A stretch of DNA of 64,000 nt from Eledone cirrhosa. Lineage: Eukaryota. A model generated the notes under the pieces. The model did no database searches. It was not told the DNA's origin and saw only the letters and a program-made list of their open reading frames with translations. This document shows positions 25,040 through 39,690 of this stretch, one piece after another. The translations under genes were made by a program, and so were the position numbers. Positions within the stretch are counted from its first letter, which is position 1. Every line of letters starts with the position of its first letter. Location: contig OZ024745.1 in assembly GCA_964016885.1 (NCBI GenBank), positions 75,640,001 to 75,704,000 on the forward strand, read 5' to 3'.

Positions 25040-25680
25040 AGACATACTTCTAGACGGAAATGCAAGTGTCTTGCTCAAGGACACAATTCGTCGCCCGGAT
25101 CGGGAATCGAAATCATGGCCGTAAGCCCAACATCTTAACGACTTTTCGATCACAAGAGTGCTCGACCAGGGTTGACCAGGGGATTTCTTCAGCAAAGAGA
25201 GAGTGAGAGGGGGGGAAGAAAAAGAGAGGGAGATAAGAAAATCGATCCAGTTCTGGACTGGTACTTTATTTATCGTACTTGAAAGAATGAATGGATAAGT
25301 TGATCTCGGCGACGTTTGAGTTAAGAGTACCGAGATTTGGAACGTAAACTGCATAGCATTATATTCGACGTTCCAACGTCTCAACTAAATCGCCACCAAA
25401 ATAGATATTCGTATAATAGATCATTTCTTACTGCATGCGGTGCGTGTTTGGTTTCCGTCGGTTTCGAGGCCGAGTATTCCAGTTGTTTGATGAACAGAAC
25501 AGCCTGCTCGTGAAATTAAGGCAATTCTCAGGGAAATACAACTTATTTTGGGGTCGCTGAGTAGACTGGTGCAACGAGAGTTAAGGTACCTTGCTCAGGA
25601 ACAGAACTGGGAATCGAAATCATAGCTTAAAAATCATGAGCCGAATATCCTAACCACTAAACCACGCGTTTTCACACTGC
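25040..25680 (-). mobile_element. Degraded SINE fragments (families A and B)
   Basis: gtgtcttgctcaaggacac, ctggtactttatttatcg, ggaatcgaa motifs. Confidence 0.65.
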
Positions 25681-26452
25681 ATGTAGTAAAATCTTGATGA
25701 TGGAAGAAATGTACGTTGTAGACAGAGGTTGATGGAGGCACCTCCACCCTAAATCAGTGATTTAGCATCATTTGAAAAAAAGGCCGACTCCTGGGAATAT
25801 AGCGCCCATTAGGTAACTCTACAATGTGTACCCCCTTCTACGAGTTACGTGTCGATTTCTCCCAGATAAATAATTTCACCTATAGTTTGGTAAGCTAATG
25901 ATACAAACTTTTGACACTTGCTCTGACTACTCTAAGAAATTTACTAAGCCTCCAATTCCCACTACATAGTCTACAGCTACCCACGTCAAATCATGTTACA
26001 TGTCATAACATCATTTCCACAACGCTGCCACGCAGCAAAGATCTTTGGTTATTTATTTCGTCAAATCAAATTATTATATATTTAAAACAATGTTATCTCT
26101 GATCGAGATGAAGGGAAAGTATATTTGAATACATATAAAAATGTGAAAATTCATCGCTAGAACAGCTGTTGAAACAGTTTGTCTCTCTGTTGACCACTGG
26201 CTGTTGGTCTCTGTCCGCTGGGACATTTTTTCCCATCGCTGTCTTTGACAACATTTAGCTGTTTTAACGGCCGTTCTGGCCATGAGTTTTCTCTTTTTTA
26301 TATGTATTATTATATATTATATATTATATATTTCATAAAATAAAGCACCAGTAATGAACTGGGATAATTGCTGGCCTTGTGCCAAAAGTAGAAACAATTA
26401 TTATCTCTCTCGCTCACTCTCACTCACTCACTCACTCACTCTCTCTCTCTCC

Positions 26453-26555
<103 letters not shown>

Positions 26556-26767
26556 CCACTCTCTCTTGATGTGACGGTTGTTTCTATATATTCTTTAAAT
26601 CTTTCAATTCCATGATTTCTTTGTAGCTTCTTGTCTTATATGTTAATCTCATTACCATGTCTTACTGATCAACTGCCTGAAACCTTTGTCCTAATTTTTC
26701 TCATTGCTTTTATTTTATTCTTTTATCTTCTTCTTATTATTATTTTTATTATTATTATTATTGTTGT

Positions 26768-27828
26768 GGGTGGTGGATTGGCAGTATCGGTAGAGCGTCA
26801 GACACTATGCTTTGTAGCCTAGAGTTATGGTCCTTTACGTTCTGAGTTCAAATCCCGCCGAGGTTAGCTTTGCCTTTCATCCTTACGGGGTAGATAAAAT
26901 AAAGTACCAGTAATGCACTGAGGTGATTTAATAGACTTTCACCCACACCCACACACACACACCCCAAAAAAATTGCTGGCCTTGTGCCTAAATCTGAAAC
27001 TATTATTATTTTGTTGTTGTTGTATACTGAGTATTTAATCTATATTTTTTCTTTATTTCACCCGATTTATATGATTATCCTCCTCGTCACATATTCTTCT
27101 GGTCAGTGGATTGGCAGTATTGGTAGAGGGTCGGACACCATGCTTTGATGCATAGAGTTACGGCCCTTGCCATTCTGAGTTAAAATCCCGCCGAGGTTAA
27201 CTTTTCCTTTCATCCTTACGGGGTCGATAAAATAAAGTACTAGTAATACACTGGGTAATTGCTGGCCTTGTGCCAAAAGTAGAAATAATTATTACCATAA
27301 TTATTAACTTTCCCTCCCGGGGTCAATAAAATAGAGTACCAGTCAAGTCCTGGGGGGGGTGTCAATACGACCGACTTTTCCTTCACCTCAAATTACTGGC
27401 ATTGAAACCATTATTGGATTGGCAGTATTGGTAGAGAGTCGGACACTATGCTTTTAAGCAAAGAGTTACGTCCCTTTATGATCTGAATTCAAATCCCGCC
27501 AAGGTTAACTTTGCCTTTCATCCTTACAGGGTCGATAAAATAAAGTACCAGTAACGTACTGGGATAATTACTGGCCTTGTGCCAAAAGTAGAAACAATTA
27601 TTACTATTAAGGACGACATATTGGCAGAATCGTTAGAGCGTCTAACAGAATGCAAAGCGTTATTTGTCCCAGCTCTTTGCCTACTTAGTTCAAATCGGCT
27701 GAGGTTAATTTCCCTTTCATCCTTACGGGGTCAATAAAATAAAGTACCAGTAACGCAATGGGGTCAATTTAATCGACTTTCTATTTTTGCAAAATTGTTG
27801 GCCTTGTGCCTAAATCAGAAACCATTAT
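26768..27828 (+). mobile_element. Head-to-tail cluster of ~5 SINE family A copies
   Basis: Repeated ggattggcagtat heads and ggccttgtgcc-aaaagtagaaac tails. Confidence 0.87.
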
Positions 27829-27846
27829 CATTGTTCTACTTCTGCA

Positions 27847-27895
<49 letters not shown>

Positions 27896-28257
27896 AATCT
27901 ACTGTTCGTTGCTCTATGGTGCCTTGTTTTCTCTATTCTATTCATATTCCTTACATCTGTACATCTCTTAATCCGTCATCCCCTTCCCTACAACAAACTA
28001 ACTGCCTTTTCCATCTGGACATAAATACCTGCCATTTAATCCATTTCTTTGATAAATGTTGTTGTAATCTCCTCCCCCTTCTTCTTACCACTCCCACACA
28101 CACACACTTCTCTTGTGTGTATACGTTGTTGTTATTATTGATGATATTGTTGTTGGTGTTGTTTGTCGATGTCATTTTTTTATATTGATTTGTTGTTGTG
28201 TTGTTGCTTTTACTTGTTTTTGTACAGAGGATTTATTCCTACAACAATATCGACATG

Positions 28258-28259
28258 AA

Positions 28260-28294
<35 letters not shown>

Positions 28295-28405
28295 ACTACT
28301 ACTATTGCTGCTGCTACTACTACTACTACTACTACAACTACTACTGCTGCTGCTGCTGCTGCTGCTACTACTACTATTGCTGCTGCTACTACTACTACTA
28401 CTACC

Positions 28406-28456
<51 letters not shown>

Positions 28457-28470
28457 ACAATAATAATAAT
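28258..28470. repeat. Compound (CTA)n/(CTG)n trinucleotide repeat
   Basis: Direct reading; higher-order block repeated about 3 times. Confidence 0.95.
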
Positions 28471-29464
28471 GTGTTCACTCTGAATTTTAAGATGTAGTTT
28501 CACAACTGTAAGCTTATTGTCTCAATGAGTGAGTGGGTCATAGTCGGAAATCGCTGAAATAATTCGGTGACTTTCATATACTATGTATATCTATTGTACT
28601 AAAATTCTCCTGTTTGTGCATTTGTATGTAACTGACTTGCTATTCTTAAATACCCAAAGTAACGTATCCTAATCTCTAGAGAACCGATCACTTATTGTTG
28701 TGAATCTCTCTTCTCTCTGGTGAAAACCGTCAGTAATATGCACTACTATCGAATCTCAAATAATAGGGCCAGGGGGAGAATAAGTGGTGGGGGTTGAAAT
28801 ATGCGGGACTTGTCTCTGTTGAATTTTTTTTTAAACCAGAATTTGTGGTTTAGTTTACATATGGGGACCCCAATCCATCCTATTTATTTTATAACGTATG
28901 GGATTCCTAGTAATGTACCTTTTTTGTCATGTGTAATGTTTCTTAAGATATAAAGAAAATTAATTGTCGTGGGAGTGCTACCACTTAAAATAAAATTTCG
29001 CCGGAGATAGATTAGCAAAATTTAATAAGTGGGGGAGGCAGTTGGAATAAGAACGGGGGGAATCTGAAAAATTAATAAGCGAGGTGTGGGGGGGGGGGTG
29101 ATTATTCAAGACAAGAGAGTACATCGAGCTTCTTAGAACAGCTTTAACAGCATGCCAGACTGATTTTAAAGTATTAAGTACAGAAAAGAAAACTTAAAAT
29201 TTTAAAATGATATTGTTGTATAGTTTCTTATTTCTGAATATAATTTGAAATATATTATGACAGTCGAGAAACCTCCTATTAGATGCTTATATGGGTCCTT
29301 AAGTTGTGATGGCGTTGTAGGGACACCATCTTAAGCCTTTAAACATGGTGGGCCCGGCCCACCCCTCTGCAGGTCAGAACATAGACGAAGAGAACGAGAG
29401 AGATAGCGAGCAGGAGAGAGAGAAAAAGAAGAGGGTGGGAGAAGAAGAAGAAGAAGAAGAAGAA

Positions 29465-30128
29465 TCAACTCCAGTATGAACTGGTACTTTATTTATCTAC
29501 CACGGAAAGATGAAAAGCAAAGTTGACCTCGATAAGATATGAACTCAAAAGGCAGAGGTTTCTGATTTAGGCACAAGGCCAACAATTTTTTAGGGGAGGA
29601 GAAAGTCGATTAAATTGACCCAGTGCATTACTGGTGCTTTATTTATCGACCCCGTAAGGATGAAAGGCAAAGCTAACCCCGGCGGGATTTGAACTCAGAA
29701 CGTAAAGGACCGTAACTCTATTCCGCAAAGCATGGTGTCCGACACTCTGGGCAGACAAATAATGATTTCTAGTATAGGCACAAGGCCAGTAATTTGGGTG
29801 AGGCGGAAGTCGATTAAATCGACCCCAGTGCGTTACTGGCACTTTATTTTATCGACCCCGTAAGGATGAAAGGCAAAGTTAACCTCGGCGGGATTTGAAC
29901 TCAGATCATAAAGGGCCGTAACTCTATGCTGCAAAGCATGGTTTCCGACTCTCTACTGATACTGCCAATCCACCGCCCTTAACAGCAGACAAATAATTGT
30001 TTCTACTTTAGGCACAAGGCCAGCAAATAACCAGTGCATTACTGGTACTTTATTTTATCGACCCCGTAAGGATGAAAGGCAAAGTTAACCTCGGCGGGAC
30101 TTGAACTCAGAATGGCAAGGGCCGTAAA
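29465..30128 (-). mobile_element. Head-to-tail cluster of ~4 SINE family A copies
   Basis: Repeated ttatcgaccccgtaaggatgaaaggcaaag. Confidence 0.87.
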
Positions 30129-31414
30129 TGCGAGGCATTTTATACGATTCTGTCATTTCCCTGCCTTGTGTTTAAATTAGAAACCGCTATTTCCTTTCTC
30201 AATGAGAAGATCTTATATAACACATTCAGTTGCCTCAAGGTTGAAAATACAATTAATAACATTATGCTAATAATATATTTGAAGCTAATACTGAAAACTC
30301 TTTTGTTCTTCCTGTTGATACGTTTTATTTTGTTTACTACTTCTAGGCAGCCTCTAGCAATACCGTCTTTACAATCTCAACACAAGTCAACCAGTGCAAA
30401 GTTTTATAATGACGAGAAAATATGTTTGCTTGTTGAAAAGCCACCACAATGCAGATAAACTATAAATAATAGTTGAATAAGTTGAGAAAAGTGTCGCTGG
30501 AGACAGAGAAAAATGGATAGAGCCGTAAATAGACTATGGATATCGTAGTCGTCTGTCGAGGGTCGTATGCCTGAACTGGGTAGTGAGATGAGCTCCTGCT
30601 GGCCTCCAAAATGGGTCAAATAGGTTGTGTTTATCACCTTTGCCAGCCACTTTCCTTCCCATGCGTCCCCATAGCGACGCTGGCTCCACCAAATTGGGTT
30701 GGGTGTGAAAGCGAGAGCTCACCGCTATAACCGATACAATGCTTGAATTGTACTATCCTAAAGTGCATATACTTGCGGCTGGACACCTCTTGTGAAGCCA
30801 ATCACCCGAAGAAATTCTATTGAAATAAACTTATACCGATGGAGCCGGCTCAACCCATCCCTGGTGAACGCCTCCACAAGTAAGTAAGTTGTCTGGTATA
30901 CGACAGATGCGTCGTTCGATTCCTACAGTCCACTCTATCCACTTTTGTCCATCTCTAGAAGTTCTGTATCCAACCTATTCAACTATTATTTAGAGTTTAT
31001 CTACAATGTGGTTGATTTTTCAAAAGGCAAACATAATTTCTAATTTTTAAATTCGTCTAATGTTTCGTAAATATATCAATGTTTTTTTATGATACTTTTC
31101 ATATTGACGCTGGCTGTTGTTTTTGTTGTTGTTTAGCTCCATGTTCGTTGCGATTAAGCGGGCCTAGAGATAGGGACTCTCCAACCATGACCATTCCATC
31201 TTATTTTCAAGCATAGCATATATACAACATTATTCAATATACCCTTCCTTTACGAGATTCCACGCACACATATTTCTTTCATATAAATACATTCTTCCTA
31301 ACAAACACCAAAATACTAACGCAATTGCAAGTACAAATTTGTAAAGATCTCAATCATACGACACGACAACTGCTGCCAAATTCTTCCTATCACATATGTC
31401 ACAGAACAACTGCA

Positions 31415-32045
31415 ATAATGGTTTCTAATTGAGACACAAGGTCAACAATTCGAATCGACCCCAGTGCGTGACTGGTACTTTATTATATTGGTCCCCGCAA
31501 AGTTGACTCTACCCGATTTGAACTCAGAATGAAAAGAGTCGGAACAAATAATACGACGCATTTGTCCGACTCTCTAACAACTCTGCCAATTCGCCGCCAT
31601 AACAACAGTAATAATGGCGGTGCCCTAGCATGGCCTCAGTCTGTCGGCTGGAACACGAAATATTAATGATAATGTTTTCTGGTTTAGTCACAAGGCAAAA
31701 GATTTGGGGGGGGGGATGTCGATTAAATCGACTCAGTGCGTTACTGGTACTTTATTTTATCGACTCTGTAAGGATGAAAGGCAAAGCTAATCATGGCGTG
31801 ATTTGAACTCAGACCGTAAAGGGCCATAACTCTGTGCTGCAAAGCATAGTGTCCAACGCTCCACCGCCCTTACTGCAATAATGGTTTCTGATTTAGGCAC
31901 AAGGTCAACAATTTGGGAGAGGGGAAAGTCGATTAAATTTACCCCAATGCGTTACCGGTACTTTATGTTATCGACCCTGTGCTGCTAAGCATGGTGACCG
32001 ACGCTCTACCGATTACTGTCAATCCACCACCCTTACTGCAATAAT
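31415..32045 (-). mobile_element. Cluster of SINE family A copies
   Basis: Same motifs, reverse strand. Confidence 0.82.
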
Positions 32046-32320
32046 GGTAATAGATGTAGTTTCTGTCTTCTTTTCATGTCAACTAAGCTAATATAAAGAA
32101 CTGGATGAATAAACGTACACGCACGCACACGCACACATACGCAAACACAGAGAGAGAGTAATTTAAAGTAGAAAATTATTCAGCTTTTAAGTTGTGACCA
32201 AGAATTCAACTCGTCATAGAGCAGACATATTCTTTTAACTTCTTTAGTGCGTCATTTTTTTCTAAATGGTATAAATATTTTAGAAGGTGGTGCTTGAAGA
32301 ATGCAGTTAAATACGTTTCC

Positions 32321-32413
<93 letters not shown>

Positions 32414-32978
32414 GTGTGTGTGTGTGTGTGCGTGCATGCGTGTGTGTACGTGTGCCTTTATTTATTTATTTGTAGACTGTTTATCTGATATTTTATTCAT
32501 AAATTGCGTGTCTAGAAATATTTTATATGAATAACAGTTGTAATTTTAACCTTATAATCATGTATTGTATTTATTTATTCATTTCATTCTTAAGGTTACG
32601 ATCAAATGTTAACCAAATTTATTATATTAATTTTCAATATTATTTTTATTTTTTATGTGTGTTTTGCCGTTGCCTTGATGCTATTCAGCGGACATTCGGC
32701 GTTCTGCTGCCATTCGGAGTAAATACATTATGTGCTCCTATTGAAATTAATTTTAATGCCTTCACTTTAACTGTCTGAAGAATCCATAGAGCTGCAAGAG
32801 AATTTGATTGGCATATTGCCGACTGCTGCAAGCTTAGAGTAACTGATCTAAGTTAGAGGATAAAAGCCCGAAATATCGTCTGCCAAACATTACACTTACT
32901 TTCATTCTTGACCTTCTGTCACGAGAAGTCGAGGTGTTCTTGTGTTACATTTCAAGGATATAATATACATGCATATAA

Positions 32979-33083
<105 letters not shown>

Positions 33084-33182
33084 GTGTGTGTGTGTGTATG
33101 CTCACAGGCGCGTGTATATAATGTTAAATGTTTGACCTTCTGAAAGTCGATGTATTACATATACATTTCATGGATATATATA

Positions 33183-33249
<67 letters not shown>

Positions 33250-34155
33250 ATTTGAAGTTAAAACTCTGTTGGTCGGTGGTTATTATGTAGTTTTGACATT
33301 AGCAACTTACGTCCGTCAAATCTATACCTAAACGTATGTTGATAGCCAGATTGTGTTAGTAGCTTAAATATTAAATAGAGTAAAACTCACACATTTAACA
33401 TTGGCTCAACAGAAACAATATACAAAAATTTAACCTTCATGCACTCAGACAGATTCTTCTATTCTTGTTTGTATAAAATTCTTTTATTCTTCTACTGATT
33501 CCAGTTATTAAACTGTGGCCATGATGAGTTACTGTCTTGATTTAGTCGATCATGTCGATCTAAGTACTTATTTTATCGACCTCTTTTTGTCGACCTGACT
33601 GCTAAATTACGATACATAAATAAAGACACAGGTGTAAAGTTTAAAATTACAGACGGACACATACACATATATATATATATATAAATTTAATCTACAAATG
33701 GCTTCTAGCGGACTACGAAGTTCTTGTTATATAGAAGCCATTTCTATATTAAATTTTGATGTTTTCACTCTACCAATGTATTGAGGGCCTTTATACACTG
33801 TGGTTACCTCCGATCTACATATATACATACATATACATACATATATGTGTGTATATATATATATAAATATATATATATATGTGTGTGTGTGTGTATCAAC
33901 CTTAGACTATAGCAAAAGATTCTTGCACAGTGGTATGTTTTTAAAAAAATGTATCTACCTATTTACCTTTACTTATTATTGCAGACTTTAGACTACAGTT
34001 ATGTTGGCACGTCGCCTTCAAGGTTTAACCCCCACCGACTACTTATTTTTTAAGGCCTACTATTTATTTTATCCGTCTCTATCTCTTTTTATCGATCCGC
34101 TAAATTATGGAATATACACAAACACAGTTACACACACAGAGTGAGAGAATGAGGA

Positions 34156-34235
<80 letters not shown>

Positions 34236-34326
34236 ATACACACACACATACATATGAATGAAGTAGAACAACATTTCAGTGCTAATTACCCGCTTCTGGG
34301 TTAATATGTGTAAGCCTTTAGTATGT

Positions 34327-34372
<46 letters not shown>

Positions 34373-34946
34373 TTTGTCCTACCACCCGATGAGAGGCCTG
34401 TATTGAAACGGTCCTTCCACTTAAAGACCGGTGACCATAACTGGACCCTGAAACCTAAAGTCGCGCATATATTTTAAGTGTATGAAATTATAATTATACT
34501 ATATATACAGTATATATAATTAAAAAGAGTCGGGACCCGATGACTGAGCCCTTGCCGTTTCAACAGCTAGTTCCAGACTTGGTTCTCTCCTGATTTATAT
34601 GTATATAAATCAGGAGAGAACCCAGTCTGGAACTAGCTGATATATAATACTCATAAAAAGAAAGTGTTTGTACGCTGACTGCTATTAATACTAAATAAAA
34701 TTGGTAATAATTAAGGTTTATTGTATTTTCAACTAGTTTTATGGTATTTTGTCAATGTCGCTAATGACGGATAAAACTCTAGAAATAGCGACATGGCATT
34801 CCCACCGTTACTGAAATATGTGAGACTTGATCACAGCTTTTAAAAAGATTTCATAGCGGGACTCTCGTGTTTATTATACATAAATATACTGTATATGTTT
34901 TCATATCCACCTCTACGATGAACTAAGCAATGTTAGTTCCACTCCT

Positions 34947-35085
<139 letters not shown>

Positions 35086-35223
35086 CGTTACTCTGGAGTT
35101 TCGCCTGTTTATCGAAGGTGAAACGCCAGAGTAATAAGACTCAATATTTAGCCTTAATAAAATGAATATTTAAACTCTACTTCGGTATTGAGTACTTATT
35201 TCTCTTAGTCATCAACCACATAC

Positions 35224-35258
<35 letters not shown>

Positions 35259-35364
35259 AGAGTTCGCTACCATTGCCTGGGATTTGGGGCGAGTGTCATT
35301 TACCATAGTCATAGGTCTGAGCCGAGTAGAGAGCAAAAGGAACTAAAGACGAAGAGAAGAAAAT

Positions 35365-36036
35365 GGCGAGAGGAAGAATAATTGAAATAGGAATGGGAGT
35401 CGGCTTGTTTGGAATAGGAACCATTTCGAAGTAAAGAAGTGGGAGTTTCGATTATAACAAAGATATCAAAGAAATTAATGGAGGTGTCAAAAATGCTGGG
35501 AGTAAATTCCAATGTGGTGTGGAAAGTGTTAAGAAAAGAGATGGAAGCTGTGATCAAATTCTGGTGAGTGAAGTGACGCCGATAACGTCGTGCATATAAC
35601 TAGCGTATAGCTGTGGGGTGGGGCCAGTGTATTATGGTATAGCTGAAGGGTGAGGTAGTGAATTACCTATAGCTGAGGAGTGGGGCAGTGTGTTATCGTA
35701 TAGCTGAGGGGTGGGGCAGTGAATTACCTATAGCTGAGGGGTGGGGGCAGTGTGTTATCGTATAGCTGAGGATGGAGCGGTGTATTACCGTATAGCTGAG
35801 GGGTGAGATCAGTGTATTACTGTATAGCTGAGGGGTGGGGTCAGTGCATCACCTACAGCTGAGGGGTGGGGGCAGTGTATTACTGTATAGTTGTGGGGTA
35901 GGGCAGTGTATTACTGTATAGCTGAGGGGTGGGGCAGTGTACTTGGTGAAATGTTGGTCTCGTATTAGACAACAAAAACAAAAAAGTTAGTGTAATCGGG
36001 CCACGTCTTGGTAGCAATGGTCACTCTGTTGATGTC
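35365..36036 (-). pseudogene. Degraded PLE reverse transcriptase (third family) interrupted by a minisatellite
   Basis: INRVTIATKTWPDYTNFFV (like NGVAMGTKMGPSYANLFV), YTGPTPQLYASYMHDVIG (like RYIDD), FLNTFHTTLEFT...NFFDI...YSKQADSHSYFNYSSS. Confidence 0.75.
35605..35943. repeat. ~30-bp minisatellite, ~11 units
   Basis: Unit approx. gtatagctgaggggtggggcagtgtattac. Confidence 0.92.
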
Positions 36037-36058
36037 ATGCGTTGCTTGAGATACACCA

Positions 36059-36137
<79 letters not shown>

Positions 36138-36141
<4 letters not shown>

Positions 36142-36623
36142 CTGAGTATTTCGGATATTAATAACATTGGATTCGTTTGCAATTTTGCAAACAAGCCTCA
36201 ATTGTATAGCCATGTCAGTAGAATGAACACTTCATTCTTGCTCTTGTGTTGGCCACAAATGTGATACCCAGAAACTTTAGTGTCTGCAGTTCTGTTCACA
36301 TGCCAACACAAGAGCAAGAATGAAGTGTTTATTCTACTGACATGGCTTTAAAATTGAGGCTTGTTTGCAAAATTGTAAACGAATCGAATGTTATTATTAA
36401 TATTCGAAAAGGGCGGTGAATTGGCAGTATCGGAAGAGGATCAGACGCCATGCTTTCCAGCATAGTTACGTCCCTTTACGGTCTGAGTTCAAATCCCGTC
36501 GAGGTTAACTTTGCCTTTCATCCTTACCAGGTCGATAAAATAAAGTACCAGTAATGTACTGGGTATTTGCTGGCCTTGTGCCAAAAGTAGAAACAATTAT
36601 TAATATTCGAAAAACTCAGATTA
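36138..36623. repeat. Long inverted repeat whose right arm is split by a SINE
   Basis: Arms 36138-36264 and 36296-36410 plus 36596-36623. Confidence 0.85.
36411..36595 (+). mobile_element. SINE family A, full length with target-site duplication
   Basis: TSD attattaatattcgaaaa at 36393-36410 and 36596-36613. Confidence 0.92.
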
Positions 36624-36705
36624 TATATATATATATATATATATATACTCTTTTACTCTTTTACCTGTTTCAGCCATCCGGCTGAGGCCATGCCATGCTG
36701 GGGCA

Positions 36706-36759
<54 letters not shown>

Positions 36760-36790
36760 GTATGTATAGTTGGTGCTACTGGTAACATGT

Positions 36791-37363
36791 ATCCCAGTAC
36801 AACCTGTCTCATGGTCGGGTCGTTGGCGACTAAACTGGCAACCCCACCAAGGTTTCTTGGTGAGGAGGGTGACTTTGGACATCCTGCAGGATTAAAAACA
36901 AAACCTGTCAAAGGGCAAAGGAGCTCTTAAGAGTCAATGGCCATCCAAAATCACCGGGAGAGATGACCCCTTAGCCTTTGTCAAGGCAGAATTCTAGGAG
37001 AAGGAAAACTCTGATATAACACCTGCAACCCTGATGGTATCCAATGATGTTGACTTGTTCTTCTTTTTGGTAAATATCATCTTGGTTAAGAGAGTGGGAC
37101 TGGCTTTGTGCAGTGCCTTTGCTCACTATAAAAGCTTCACGGCACAGGCATTGCTTTATATCTGGAGATCTCTCTGCACTTGTCGTCACATGGTACCATG
37201 GGCCCAGCACTATGTGTCAATAATTGTCCCAAGTGTAGTGTTTGTACCAGAGTTTTCAAGTCGCTGGCTGGACTAAAAAGTCACACTCGTTCAGCGTATC
37301 GGTAGGGGTTCTCCTACATGGATATAAAGTAGTGGCCGTACTCGAAAACGAGTTGGCAGCCAC
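36791..37363 (+). mobile_element. ~570-bp RTE-like non-autonomous element
   Basis: Reverse complement of 5386-5957. Confidence 0.8.
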
Positions 37364-37469
37364 CATATTTGCATATATATATATTAAGCCGACATGTTTC
37401 TGTAGTTGTTCGTCTGTTATCACATTGAAAATACCAAAATACTGAAGTGTTGATATCTATATAATTAAT

Positions 37470-37658
37470 TGTTTCTACTTTTGGCACAAGGCCAGCAATT
37501 ATCTCAGTAGATTACTGGTACTTTATTTTATCGACCCCCCGTAAGGATGAAAGGCAAAGTTAACCTCGGCGGGATTTAAACTCAGACCGTAAAGGGCCGT
37601 AACTCTATGCTGCAAAGCATGGCGTCCGACCTTCTACTGATACTGCCAATCCCCCACC
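37470..37658 (-). mobile_element. SINE family A with target-site duplication
   Basis: TSD tatctatataattaat on both sides. Confidence 0.9.
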
Positions 37659-38439
37659 CTATCTATATAATTAATGAAAGCAGATTTAAGGTAATATTTC
37701 TTTAGATTTTACAAAGAAATAAACATTTTAGAAATTAATTTTTAAATTTATAATATTTTCACAAATTTTTATTTGTCAATTAAAAACAAAATGTGGATGG
37801 AGGCTGCTAAAATAGCAATTAATAAAATTTAAAGAATTTTTTTTTTTTTTCGTAATTTTATTTTTGTTTCTTGATTTTGAACGAGAATAAAATATTCACA
37901 TACTAATACGGCAATTGAAATATTTCTTTTTGTTATTCATAACCATTACGTATGTAACGTTGATTGCTTTGAATACTAAAACTTCGTTTCAAATGAGGCT
38001 AAGCTAGGGACATTAACAACGGGCTTCTCTCTATTTTGTTAATGGCCCACATCCTGCCTGTTACGACGATATAGAAAGGCAGACATCACTGTAGCAGTAA
38101 TGACAGCAGTGACAGAGTTGATGGATTCAGTTATAGTGTTAATGTAAATGTATGTGTAAGTGTATGTGTATGTGTAAGTGTATGTGTATGTGTAAGTGTA
38201 TGTATATGTGTATGTGTATGTGTATGTGTAAGCGTGAGTGTGAGTAATGGGCGCCAAAGGCGGTAGCATCAGTGAGCGGAGGATATTTGCGGTGAGTATT
38301 CATGACGTGGAAAGAAACGGTGGATCGAGTAAACAGATTTATCTGTTATCACGTCCCATGAAAGCTATGACTGTTTTAAAACACGGCAGCAGATGGACGG
38401 TCATGGGTGAGTGTGTGTGGGGGGAGGGAGACAGAGAGA

Positions 38440-38489
<50 letters not shown>

Positions 38490-38509
<20 letters not shown>

Positions 38510-38624
38510 GAAAAAGAGAGAGGCAGAGAGAGAGAGTGAGAGAGAGTCTGTGTGGTGGAGGTGGAAGTTGCAGCAATAGAGTGTTCTAAAAGAAAGAAGG
38601 AAGTTTGTGGTAAAAGAAAGAAAG

Positions 38625-38675
<51 letters not shown>

Positions 38676-38803
38676 CAGACAGACAGACAGAGAAAAAGAG
38701 AGAGGCAGAGAGAGAGAGTGAGAGAGAGTCTGTGTGGTGGAGGTGGAGGTAGCGGCAATAGAGTGTTCTAAAAGAAAGAAGGAAGTTTGTGGTAAAAGAA
38801 AGA
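38490..38803. repeat. Local tandem duplication (~180-bp period) containing (GA)n
   Basis: gagtctgtgtggtggaggtgga...gcaatagagtgttctaaaagaaagaaggaagtttgtggtaaaag occurs twice. Confidence 0.9.
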
Positions 38804-39209
38804 AATGGAAAAGACATAAAAAAAAAGAAAAAGAAATAGAAACGAAAAACAAAATGTTGATAGTGAAAGCAAAAGTGAAAAATTAGTTTGTAGCAATATT
38901 GACAGGGAAAATATATTTCAGGGAGATAGATAAAAATAAATATTCTTAACTGTCGTGTTTAAAGTGCAAGTGGTTAGAACGGGTAATGATAACGATACAT
39001 AAGTTAAGGAGAAATCTCTTTTATCATATCAATATAGAAGACAAGGAATCATTTATATATATATGATACTCTGAGTACACAGATGAAACTCCTGAGTAAG
39101 AAAACTTATCACTTAGCTATATTAAAGAATACTTAAACTCCATGTTGCTATTGAATATTCATTTTCCCTTTCGTCAATATCACACGGTGAGTGTGTGTGT
39201 GTTTGTGTG

Positions 39210-39256
<47 letters not shown>

Positions 39257-39338
39257 GAAAGTATAGAAATTATTGTGAGCGTGAAGCCAACAGTATGTCA
39301 TAATAGATAAGTGACTATAACGTCAAAATGGACAGAGA

Positions 39339-39389
<51 letters not shown>

Positions 39390-39393
39390 TACC

Positions 39394-39690
39394 ATGGCTT
39401 AGTGGTTATATCGTTGAGCTCATAATCGTAAGGTTGTGAGTTCGAATCCCGGACCAGACGATGCATTGTGTTATTGAGCAAAACACTTTATTTCTCATTG
39501 TTCCAGTAGAAATGAGTTGTGACATGCCAAGCTGTATCGGCCTTTCCCTTGGACAACATCGGTGGCGAGGTGAAGGAAACTGGCATGCATGGGCACCTGC
39601 TGGTCTTCCACAAACACACCTTGACCTAGCTTGGGCTTCGGAAGGCAAGATTCTAGGTACAAAACCATGGTAATTGGTAACCGAAGGGGG
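39394..39690 (+). mobile_element. tRNA-derived SINE (family B head, different body)
   Basis: atggcttagtggtt...gtgagttcgaatccc. Confidence 0.7.

Noticed and set aside
28113-28503. Poly-L / poly-A-V / poly-C-Y ORFs
   Set aside because: Trinucleotide repeat, no flanking coding signal
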